Shown in pieces: positions 50,882 through 59,116 of a stretch of DNA of 64,000 nucleotides; within the stretch, counting starts at the first letter, position 1, and every line of letters starts with the position of its first letter. The notes under the pieces were generated by a model. That model was not told where the DNA came from. It did not search any database and was given only the letters and a program-made list of their open reading frames with translations. The stretch lies in assembly GCF_036507355.1 (NCBI RefSeq), contig NZ_AP027877.1. One strand, 5' to 3'. This DNA is from Escherichia coli (GTDB lineage: Bacteria > Pseudomonadota > Gammaproteobacteria > Enterobacterales > Enterobacteriaceae). Position numbers and translations under genes: made by a program.

Positions 50882-51157
50882 GTGGCTTCTGTTTCTATCA
50901 GCTGTCCCTCCTGTTCAGCTACTGACGGGGTGGTGCGTAACGGCAAAAGCACCGCCGGACATCAGCGCTATCTCTGCTCTCACTGTCGTAAAACATGGCA
51001 ACTGCAGTTCACTTACACCGCTTCTCAACCCGGTACGCACCAGAAAATCATTGATATGGCCATGAATGGCGTTGGATGCCGGGCAACAGCCCGCATTATG
51101 GGCGTTGGCCTCAACACGATTTTACGTCACTTAAAAAACTCAGGCCGCAGTCGGTAA
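50882..51157 (+). CDS. insA: IS1 InsA (91 aa)
   Basis: Zinc-finger N-terminus CPSC...CSHC; canonical IS1 ORF. Confidence 0.95.
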
Positions 51158-51579
51158 CCTCGCGCATACAGCCGGGCAGTGACGTCATCGTCTGCGCGGA
51201 AATGGACGAACAGTGGGGCTATGTCGGGGCTAAATCGCGCCAGCGCTGGCTGTTTTACGCGTATGACAGGCTCCGGAAGACGGTTGTTGCGCACGTATTC
51301 GGTGAACGCACGATGGCGACGCTGGGGCGTCTTATGAGCCTGCTGTCACCCTTTGACGTGGTGATATGGATGACGGATGGCTGGCCGCTGTATGAATCCC
51401 GCCTGAAGGGAAAGCTGCACGTAATCAGCAAGCGATATACGCAGCGAATTGAGCGGCATAACCTGAATCTGAGGCAGCACCTGGCACGGCTGGGACGGAA
51501 GTCGCTGTCGTTCTCAAAATCGGTGGAGCTGCATGACAAAGTCATCGGGCATTATCTGAACATAAAACACTATCAATAA
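51076..51579 (+). CDS. insB: IS1 InsB (transposase catalytic part, made as InsAB by frameshift)
   Basis: Canonical IS1 second ORF overlapping insA. Confidence 0.9.
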
Positions 51580-51602
51580 GTTGGAGTCATTACCTACAAT
51601 GT

Positions 51603-51881
51603 GTTACAGCTGACAGTAGCACATTAAAATACACCGTCAATCAGCTTATAAAATACAAAAGAATAGGTTATGTTCAGAACGTTGAGAACATTTCGCATAT
51701 TTTGAGACAATTAGCAATAACTGAAAGCTCACTTGGCCATGGACACGAAGTTGCTTATTGCCTATGGCTTTATTTGATACTACGCATCCCCATACCAGAA
51801 GTCGTCGTTAAAAATGTGGTACCAATGAGAGATCCATTTGTTGCAATTTTGTTATGCGATTGCAGGCAAAAAACCTCATGA
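51603..51881 (+). pseudogene. Reverse transcriptase C-terminal 92 codons displaced by IS1
   Basis: With one copy of the 9-bp duplication removed, the RT frame continues without stops from 51603 to TGA at 51879-51881. Confidence 0.7.
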
Positions 51882-52171
51882 CTTTTATACCTGATTTCTC
51901 AATTTATGAGCAAATGATGGTGATGGAAGAGCTATCGGGCGATATGTAGATTTTTGTCTATGAGATGCTTGCAAAAGGATGGTTTCAACCATTATCAAAC
52001 CAAAATCCAATTAGTCAAAATGAGTGTTATAGGTTCCTATTGAATTCAGGTGTTTTTTTCTATAATGAACATCTCTCATTAACTATTATGGCTGAAAGTC
52101 CAATTGATACAGATGGCTCGGCAGAGGGATTCAGTGGTTGAAATTAAAAATTATCTGTAAATAACTAACCC

Positions 52172-52210
52172 CCCTCCCTTTAATTTAATATTAAGGGAGG
52201 GTTGTGTTTC
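52172..52210 (+). terminator. Hairpin terminator downstream of the RT gene
   Basis: ccctccctt-(12 nt)-aagggaggg perfect 9-bp stem followed by ttgtgtttc; also marks a GC-content transition. Confidence 0.4.
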
Positions 52211-52449
52211 GATATACATATATGGGCTTTGGTGAATAAATCAGATTTGGGATAAACATCCCTGGAGACAGTTGCAGCTGTCAGGTAATACGCACGCTTT
52301 TTGCTCAGAACCCCATCAATGCGCCGCCAGCACTTTTGCAGCCAGCCCAGTCGGGTTACGCCGTCTGGACTCCCAACTTTTGATGATATCGACGCTGGTT
52401 CCTTAGGGTTATTGCGTAACGATTTATTCTGCGCCAGTCATGAAAGCCG

Positions 52450-53409
52450 TTATTCCTTCTTCCATTCGTGCGCGTAAACCTGCTTCACCCAGCGACCGCG
52501 CCCGTCGCCATGCCCCAGGTCCATCGCCACCATTGCCAGCGCCTCTTTTTCGCTGAATCCCTGCGCCAGATACCGGCGAATATCGTCCTGCGCCAGATAC
52601 CGGCGAATATCGTCCTGCGCCCAGGCGTAACGCAGCGAATGTGGGGAGTATTTGCCCGTCAGCCCCATACGCAAAGTCTGGTTGCGCCAGTATTTCATTG
52701 CCTGTTTAAGGCTTGCCGCATCAATCAGCCTGCCGTTGCGCAGTCCTGCCACCACAATGGCATTATCGAGCGCCCGTTTAACTGCGCCAGCATTCTGAAT
52801 AAGGGTATCGCGGGGCCGCCCGCCTTTGGTGCCAAACACGATGGTTAGCCGGGTGGCTCCACGTTCAAGCGACTGCCGCCACGTCAGCAATGAACGTGAA
52901 CAGCGTACCGCCTCCTGTGAACGTAACCCCATCAGCCGCGCCAGCTCCAGCGCTGCCGCCAGTCCTGCGTCTTTCAGCCGGGCAGTCTCTGCCATCTGTT
53001 GATAATATTCCGGCGTGATGGCTTTCCGTGTACCATTGCGGGATACGCCAGCCAGCCCCAGCGATTTATTCGATATCCGCTCACTCTGCGCCAGTTTTTC
53101 GCGCCCGGCCTGCGTCAGTATTTTACGGATAGCCGCCGTTTCGTTATGCAGCGTCTGTTTCTGAATACCCTGCGCCAGTCGCATCTGAATATACGCCTCA
53201 ATATGCTTCGCCTTTAAATGATGGACATAGCGTATCTGAACGTTCAGTTCCGTCAGTCGTTCGCAGAACCGTTCTGCCATGGCGATACGGTCATGGACAG
53301 TCTTGTGCGCCCCGCCAGCCTGCCGCGCCAGGTTTTTCATCTCTCTTTCCAGCATACCCATTTTGCTTTTCCTCTTATCTCGCTCCTGATTTTCACAAAA
53401 CCACAACAC
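52450..53409 (-). CDS. Tyrosine recombinase / phage-integrase-family protein with internal 9-aa tandem duplication (319 aa)
   Basis: C-terminal HSLRY...LGHGDGRGRWVKQVYAH resembles recombinase box II with catalytic Tyr; DDIRRYLAQ is duplicated through a 27-bp tandem repeat at 52561-52614. Confidence 0.6.
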   Translation of the reverse strand: MLWFCENQERDKRKSKMGMLEREMKNLARQAGGAHKTVHDRIAMAERFCERLTELNVQIRYVHHLKAKHIEAYIQMRLAQGIQKQTLHNETAAIRKILTQAGREKLAQSERISNKSLGLAGVSRNGTRKAITPEYYQQMAETARLKDAGLAAALELARLMGLRSQEAVRCSRSLLTWRQSLERGATRLTIVFGTKGGRPRDTLIQNAGAVKRALDNAIVVAGLRNGRLIDAASLKQAMKYWRNQTLRMGLTGKYSPHSLRYAWAQDDIRRYLAQDDIRRYLAQGFSEKEALAMVAMDLGHGDGRGRWVKQVYAHEWKKE

Positions 53410-54253
53410 ACAACGGATACAGCTTTCCCCGGCGCATAGGCCGATAGCCCCTGATTTTTGTCGGGGCTGCGAGCAGTACCTGAGCGCCGGGGCGACGGCT
53501 GTTGAGGTTTTGCGGGGTATCGGTTGTGCTCTCAGAGCAGCCGCCAGCGTGAGCTGGTCATCCCCCGGACCGTCCTGGTGGTCCCCCTCCGGTACTGGCT
53601 CATGTTCTCCTTTGGTGAATGAATGGTTGAAATAAATGCTGAAAAGCGACGTCAGAAGCTCGCCTGTGGCTGGAACAGTTGATATGACTGGTGCAGATGA
53701 AAATTTCTGCGGGCGTCAGTCTCTCACTCTGCGTGAGCGACTGACGCCCTGGTCTGGCGCAGGCGCTGAAAATTACACTCTGGTGCAGGATGGCGGCCAC
53801 GCGGCAGCAAATGCCTTCGGCAAATGCAGGCCGCAGCCCGTCATGTAAAGGGCGCTGGTAATCAGCAGGGTATAAGTGGGCCGGAGAAATTCCGGCAAAG
53901 AGAAACCGTGCAGCCGGTGAAGGCTGTTGCCGTTAAGCGATGACGATGAAGCCGTCCAGTGTATGTACTCTTAGCCTCAAACGCTTTCGCGTTCCGGTAT
54001 TGCGGAGGTCGTACCGGTAGCAGGGGGCTGGTCGTCCTGATAAATCAGGGGCTTCTTGCAGACCATGAAGCCAAAGGGGCTGTCAACCGACAGCTTATTG
54101 CAGGAGAGAGATTACACCGTAATTTCTGGCGCAGAAAGGGGAAACTCATTTTTCTGGAAATTGAGTTTCCCCCTGAATTTATGGAAAGTTTGTGAATGGA
54201 ACACTGCCGCGCTTCGCTTGTCGTCTCCCGGTGTGCGATTTGCTGTATCAGGA

Positions 54254-54502
54254 TCATCGCTTTCGCATGAACCTTTCCAGGCGATTACCTTTGCCGTCGA
54301 AGTATCTGGAAGGCCAGATGATCTCTGGAGCTATCTCCAGCGCATCTGCAATAAGTTTTTCTCCGCGCGGCCACGGGCGGGAAAGTGCATTTGCCAGTGT
54401 GGAAGAACTCAACCCTGCTTTACGCGATACCTCAGCCAGTGAGGTCCCTTTCTTTCTTAATCCGGCAATGATATCTGCCGGATGCCAGTCATCTTTATTC
54501 AT
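54254..54502 (-). CDS. Ner/Nlp-family DNA-binding protein (82 aa)
   Basis: DWHPADIIAGLRKKGTSLAEVSRKAGLSSSTLANALSRPWPRGE closely matches the Ner/Nlp family signature. Confidence 0.8.
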   Translation of the reverse strand: MNKDDWHPADIIAGLRKKGTSLAEVSRKAGLSSSTLANALSRPWPRGEKLIADALEIAPEIIWPSRYFDGKGNRLERFMRKR

Positions 54503-54614
54503 TGTTTTCCCCTGTTTCCAAATCTGGTTTTTCTGACTTTAGGAACTCTAAAGGCAATGAATCTTAAGGAATGCTAAAGATGGTGTCAATGTAACTATTA
54601 ACCAAACAGGTTAT

Positions 54615-54914
54615 ATGATCCCTGAACGACTCAAGGCAGCGAGGTTGCGGGCTAATCTCACCCAGGAACAACTGGGCGTTCGTGCAGGCATCGCCGAAGA
54701 TACGGCCTGCTCCCGGCTTTCTCAGTACGAAAGTGGAACACACAAGCCCACATTCAAAATGGTTTGTGCCTTTGCTCGTGTTTTGCATGTTCCTGAATGT
54801 TACTTCTATGCACAGGAAGACACTTTCGCCGAAGCGATTTTAAGGCTGTATGACGGTGAAACTGTGCAGTGGAATATAAAAACAGAGATCGTTCATCATA
54901 CTGAACGGGTATAA
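54615..54914 (+). CDS. XRE-family HTH regulator, copy 1 (99 aa)
   Basis: HTH region LTQEQLGVRAGIAEDTA...YESGTHKP; paralogue of the next gene. Confidence 0.7.
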   Translation: MIPERLKAARLRANLTQEQLGVRAGIAEDTACSRLSQYESGTHKPTFKMVCAFARVLHVPECYFYAQEDTFAEAILRLYDGETVQWNIKTEIVHHTERV

Positions 54915-55013
54915 ACCTCTTGCCTCATCCATCCTCTTTATGAACTCTAAAGAAAAATGCTCTTGAGGAATGCTAAAGATTACCGTCATAAATTCAAACT
55001 GATGGTAATTTCA

Positions 55014-55283
55014 ATGATCCCCAAACGCTTAAAAGAAGCCAGATTGCGGGCTAAACTCACTCAGGAAAAATTGGGGGTACTGGCGGGTATTGAAGAAGCC
55101 ACGGCTTATTCGCGTCTGTCACATTACGAGAGTGGTACGCATAAACCAACTTTTGATCTCGTTTGTGAGTTTGCCCGAGTACTCAATGTACCAGAATGCT
55201 ATTTCTATACGGTGGATGATGATTTCGCGCAGGCGGTGTTGGATCTTCATGCCAGGTGGACAAAGAGAACTACGGAAAGATAG
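55014..55283 (+). CDS. XRE-family HTH regulator, copy 2 (89 aa)
   Basis: MIPKRLKEARLRAKLTQEKLGV... about 60% identical to copy 1; start aligned to copy 1. Confidence 0.65.
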   Translation: MIPKRLKEARLRAKLTQEKLGVLAGIEEATAYSRLSHYESGTHKPTFDLVCEFARVLNVPECYFYTVDDDFAQAVLDLHARWTKRTTER

Positions 55284-55304
55284 ATCGCAGAAAATAAAAA
55301 ACCC

Positions 55305-55390
55305 CGCTGGTGAGGCAGGGTTCTTTATTTTTCGTTCTCAGACTGCTTATAGCGACCTGAGCAACGTTGCGCGACAATACAATCCTAGCA
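55305..55390 (-). ncRNA. Candidate antisense sRNA antitoxin (Orz/IstR-like), predicted from promoter, repeat and terminator
   Basis: Minus-strand promoter-like elements (-35 ttgcaa, palindromic, at 55419-55424; -10 taaact from 55396-55401); transcript would begin inside repeat 55369-55392 and end at a hairpin plus T-run near 55300-55335. Confidence 0.3.
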
Positions 55391-55418
55391 GAATAAGTTT
55401 AACCCGCTTTGTTTCCCG

Positions 55419-55448
55419 TTGCAAACAAACGCTCCCGGTCTTTATAAT
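55419..55448 (+). promoter_or_regulatory. Sigma70-like promoter for the toxin mRNA (-35 TTGCAA, 18-bp spacer, -10 TATAAT)
   Basis: ttgcaa at 55419-55424 and tataat at 55443-55448 on the plus strand; gives a 5' UTR of roughly 180 nt. Confidence 0.45.
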
Positions 55449-55634
55449 GCCAGACGCTGGGTTTATCACGTTTCAGGCCAGACCGATTTCAAGCCCTGAC
55501 TGCCGGACGGGTGGTGCCGCAGGCAGTGCCCCGGTCTGGAGCGTGATAATACAATCCTAGCAGATGTGATCCTGCGCCGACAGGCAATGTAAGGGTAAGG
55601 TGCAGGCGTTGCGCTCCTTTCATAAGGAGAGCGG

Positions 55635-55724
55635 ATGGACATGTTGACGCGAAAGCTGATCGTGCTCATCGCCGTACTGGAGCTTTTGCTGGCTCTGCTG
55701 CGGTTGATTGATCTGTTGAAATAA
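55635..55724 (+). CDS. Candidate type I toxin, 29-aa hydrophobic peptide MDMLTRKLIVLIAVLELLLALLRLIDLLK
   Basis: ATG at 55635 five nt after AGGAG; single predicted TM helix; similar in length and composition to ZorO/DinQ/TisB-type toxins; followed by a hairpin terminator. Confidence 0.55.
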   Translation: MDMLTRKLIVLIAVLELLLALLRLIDLLK

Positions 55725-55744
55725 TTCTCAGATTGAAACGCACC

Positions 55745-55770
55745 AAAGGGGAAACACCCGTTTCCCCTTT
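55745..55770. terminator. Bidirectional hairpin terminator between the toxin ORF and the integrase gene
   Basis: aaaggggaaac-accc-gtttccccttt with A/T runs on both sides. Confidence 0.6.
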
Positions 55771-55788
55771 AATAAATACGCTGCTTTG

Positions 55789-57066
55789 TTACGACGCCTG
55801 TTTCAGGCGGCGGGCATACTGGTAAGCTGAAACATACCCGTCACTGTTTGCATCAAGATAATCTGACCACCATTGCATCATCTCGATCCGCTCTTCCAGA
55901 TATTCAGCCTTGTGAATATACGCAGCGCGGACGCTGTTTCTTTCCTGGTGACTCATTTGTTTTTCAATCGCTTCTTTGCTCCACAGCCCCGATTCACTCA
56001 ACGCACTACATGCCATCGCCCGGAAGCCATGCCCGCAGACGTCTTTTTTGGTGTCATAGCCCATCACCCGCAGCGCTTTATTCACGGTGTTGTCGCTCAT
56101 GCACTTATCCTGGTCGTACTCGCCGGGAAAGATAAAGGCCAGATGACCGGAGAGGGCTTCGATCTGTTTCAGGATCGCAATTGCCTGATCCGACAGCGGC
56201 ACGATATGTTGAATTTTCATTTTCGACCCCCGGTAAGAGAAGCGCACATTTTCGATCTGCTCGCGTTCTTCCGCGATCACCCACAGCTTTTGCTGCCAGT
56301 CGATTTCACTCCAGCGAGCAAAGCGTAGCTCGCTGGAGCGCACAAAAAATATCAGTGACAACTTAAGGGCGTATTTCGTCAGCAGCCTGCCGCAGTAGTT
56401 ATCCGTACGGGTTAAAAGCTCTGGCAGCCTGTCCAGCGACAGGGCCGGGTAATGATTAGTCTCTGGCGCAGCAAATTCACCATCCAGATACAGCGCGGGG
56501 TTCGCTTTGAGCAACTGCTTTTTCATCGCGTAGTGCATGATGTCGGTGACATAGTTTTTCAGCCGGGCGGTGATCTCCAGAAAGCCTTTGCTCTCCACCT
56601 TACGCAGCGTGACCAGCAAATCCTCTGTTTCGATCTCCCCGATAAGGCGATCCCCGATATCCGGGAAAACATACATTTCCAGTCTGCGCATAACCGTTTT
56701 CGCGTAATGTTCAGACCAGCGTTTATGCTCGCCATGCCAGTTAGTGGCGACCTGGCTGAACGTCTGTCCGTTTTTCTTCTTCTGTTTCTCCGTCTGCTTC
56801 ACCGCAGCAGGATCGACGCCTGCATGAATGTTATTGCGTGCCGCTTCCCGTAAACGGCGAGCCTGCAACAGCGAGATCCCCGGGTAGGGGCCAAAGGCCA
56901 GCTTTTTCTCTTTCCCGTCGATACGGTACTTCATGTACCAGAGTTTTGAGCCATTAGGTTTGATCAACAGGTACAGTCCGGAACTGTCTGTCATTTTGAA
57001 AGGTTTGTCGGAGGGTTTGATCTTGCGAATCGTGGTATCTGTTAATGCCATAGCGGGGGGCTCCAT
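55789..57066 (-). CDS. P4-family tyrosine integrase (425 aa)
   Basis: N-terminal arm-binding domain (LTDTTIRKIKPSDKPFKMTDSSGLYLLIKPNGSKLWYMKYR) plus C-terminal catalytic domain; adjacent to the tRNA-Asn 3' end. Confidence 0.9.
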   Translation of the reverse strand: MEPPAMALTDTTIRKIKPSDKPFKMTDSSGLYLLIKPNGSKLWYMKYRIDGKEKKLAFGPYPGISLLQARRLREAARNNIHAGVDPAAVKQTEKQKKKNGQTFSQVATNWHGEHKRWSEHYAKTVMRRLEMYVFPDIGDRLIGEIETEDLLVTLRKVESKGFLEITARLKNYVTDIMHYAMKKQLLKANPALYLDGEFAAPETNHYPALSLDRLPELLTRTDNYCGRLLTKYALKLSLIFFVRSSELRFARWSEIDWQQKLWVIAEEREQIENVRFSYRGSKMKIQHIVPLSDQAIAILKQIEALSGHLAFIFPGEYDQDKCMSDNTVNKALRVMGYDTKKDVCGHGFRAMACSALSESGLWSKEAIEKQMSHQERNSVRAAYIHKAEYLEERIEMMQWWSDYLDANSDGYVSAYQYARRLKQAS

Positions 57067-57215
57067 TTGCTCACCGAACCGTGAGGCCCCCGATTAAGCC
57101 CACAAAAACTATGGATGTCAAGAAACCCGGTAGCCTCTTGTGAGACAACCGGGTAAAGATAAGTTCTTGTTTTTTAACTATCTCGAGACTCATAGAGATG
57201 TCTCAAAACTAAAAT

Positions 57216-57291
57216 CTGGCTCCTCTGACTGGACTCGAACCAGTGACATACGGATTAACAGTCCGCCGTTCTACCGACTGAACTACAGAGG
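57216..57291 (-). tRNA. asnU: tRNA-Asn (GUU), island integration target
   Basis: 76-nt minus-strand tRNA identical to the other copies. Confidence 0.95.
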
Positions 57292-57452
57292 AATCGCTGT
57301 TGAGGCACATCTTAACGGCGAAAAATCTTTTGTCAAACCCGATTTTTAAATTCCCCAACTGTTTGCCGTTTCTATCAACAGTTTGTTGCATTTGCAGACA
57401 ATTTGTTGGCGAAAATCTTTGCAGCTTTGCTGATTCTCCCTCATTATTTGAA

Positions 57453-58940
57453 ATGTGGTTTCACTTTCTGCAATTAAGGTCGGCTTTGAATATCTCCTCT
57501 GCTTTACGCCAGGTTGTTCACGGCACTCGCTGGCACGCTAAACGCAAGAGCTACAAAGTGTTGTTCTGGCGCGAGATAACCCCGCTTGCTGTTCCTATCT
57601 TCATGGAGAATGCCTGTGTCCTGTTGATGGGGGTTCTGAGCACTTTTCTGGTCAGCTGGCTGGGAAAAGATGCGATGGCCGGCGTGGGATTGGCGGACAG
57701 CTTCAATATGGTCATTATGGCTTTTTTTGCTGCTATCGATCTTGGTACTACTGTCGTTGTGGCATTTAGTCTCGGTAAGCGGGATCGACGACGAGCGAGG
57801 GTGGCGACGCGGCAGTCATTGGTGATCATGACGTTGTTTGCCGTACTGTTGGCAACGCTTATTCATCATTTTGGCGAACAAATTATTGATTTCGTCGCGG
57901 GTGATGCCACGACAGAAGTTAAAGCACTGGCGTTGACTTATCTGGAGCTGACGGTACTCAGTTATCCAGCAGCTGCCATCACTTTGATTGGTAGCGGGGC
58001 ACTTCGTGGTGCAGGGAATACGAAAATACCGCTACTGATTAACGGTAGCCTGAATATTCTTAATATTATTATTAGCGGCATATTGATTTACGGCCTTTTC
58101 TCCTGGCCGGGACTGGGATTTGTCGGGGCTGGGTTGGGTTTAACCATTTCTCGTTATATTGGCGCAGTTGCAATTTTGTGGGTGCTGGCGATTGGTTTTA
58201 ATCCTGCGCTAAGGATTTCGTTAAAGAGCTATTTTAAACCGCTGAATTTTAGCATTATCTGGGAAGTCATGGGGATTGGTATTCCCACGAGTGTCGAATC
58301 AGTGTTATTTACCAGTGGTCGGTTATTAACCCAAATGTTCGTTGCCGGGATGGGGACCAGTGTTATTGCCGGAAATTTTATCGCGTTTTCAATTGCGGCT
58401 CTTATCAACTTACCCGGAAGTGCGCTCGGCTCTGCTTCTACGATCATTACAGGCCGAAGGTTGGGGGTAGGGCAGATAGCGCAAGCAGAGATTCAGTTGC
58501 GGCATGTGTTCTGGCTGTCCACTCTTGGATTAACGACCATCGCCTGGCTAACGGCTCCCTTTGCCGGGGTTATGGCATCGTTTTACACCCAGGATCCACA
58601 GGTTAAACATGTCGTTGTGATTCTGATTTGGCTAAATGCTTTATTTATGCCTATTTGGTCCGCCTCATGGGTGCTACCCGCTGGATTTAAAGGTGCTCGT
58701 GATGCCCGTTACGCCATGTGGGTTTCGATGTTGAGCATGTGGGGTTGTCGGGTTGTCGTCGGTTATGTGCTGGGAATCATGCTTGGCTGGGGTGTGGTTG
58801 GTGTCTGGATGGGAATGTTTGCCGACTGGGCTGTGCGGGCCGTGCTGTTTTACTGGCGAATGGTTACTGGACGTTGGCTATGGAAATACCCTCGATCCGA
58901 GCCGCAAAAGTGTGAAAAAAAGCCAGTTGTGTCGGAATAA
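57453..58940 (+). CDS. yeeO: MATE-family efflux transporter (495 aa)
   Basis: 12-TM MATE protein; start set at ATG 57453 because the track start 57300 abuts the tRNA. Confidence 0.8.
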   Translation: MWFHFLQLRSALNISSALRQVVHGTRWHAKRKSYKVLFWREITPLAVPIFMENACVLLMGVLSTFLVSWLGKDAMAGVGLADSFNMVIMAFFAAIDLGTTVVVAFSLGKRDRRRARVATRQSLVIMTLFAVLLATLIHHFGEQIIDFVAGDATTEVKALALTYLELTVLSYPAAAITLIGSGALRGAGNTKIPLLINGSLNILNIIISGILIYGLFSWPGLGFVGAGLGLTISRYIGAVAILWVLAIGFNPALRISLKSYFKPLNFSIIWEVMGIGIPTSVESVLFTSGRLLTQMFVAGMGTSVIAGNFIAFSIAALINLPGSALGSASTIITGRRLGVGQIAQAEIQLRHVFWLSTLGLTTIAWLTAPFAGVMASFYTQDPQVKHVVVILIWLNALFMPIWSASWVLPAGFKGARDARYAMWVSMLSMWGCRVVVGYVLGIMLGWGVVGVWMGMFADWAVRAVLFYWRMVTGRWLWKYPRSEPQKCEKKPVVSE

Positions 58941-59040
58941 ACGACAAAATGCAGATTATTTCAGCAAACGATTTCAAATTTAAAAAACAGGCTTTGACAT
59001 TGTGGGTGGGCATCGCTAATATTCGCCTCGTTCTCACGAT

Positions 59041-59116
59041 TCCTCTGTAGTTCAGTCGGTAGAACGGCGGACTGTTAATCCGTATGTCACTGGTTCGAGT
59101 CCAGTCAGAGGAGCCA
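59041..59116 (+). tRNA. asnW: tRNA-Asn (GUU)
   Basis: tcctctgtagttcagtcggtagaacggcggactgttaatccgtatgtcactggttcgagtccagtcagaggagcca. Confidence 0.95.

Larger units (their letters stand above)
50827..51594 (+). mobile_element. IS1 insertion sequence (768 bp) with 9-bp target-site duplication
   Basis: Ends ggtgatgctgccaactta... and ...aagttggagtcattacc; flanked by tacaatgtg at 50818-50826 and 51595-51603; contains insA and insB. Confidence 0.95.

Noticed and set aside
51878-51949. 23-codon ORF overlapping the RT stop (MTFIPDFSIYEQMMVMEELSGDM)
   Set aside because: No ribosome-binding site, no hydrophobic or otherwise recognisable character; likely chance.
52561-52614. Tandem direct repeats considered as a possible CRISPR-like or minisatellite array
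   Set aside because: Only two perfect 27-bp copies with no spacers, and they lie in frame inside a coding sequence; interpreted as an intragenic duplication. No CRISPR array was found anywhere in the window.
57300-57452. N-terminal extension of yeeO in the ORF track
   Set aside because: It would start 9 nt after the tRNA-Asn gene and inside its terminator region; the internal ATG at 57453 gives a 495-aa MATE protein, which matches the yeeO length I recall.
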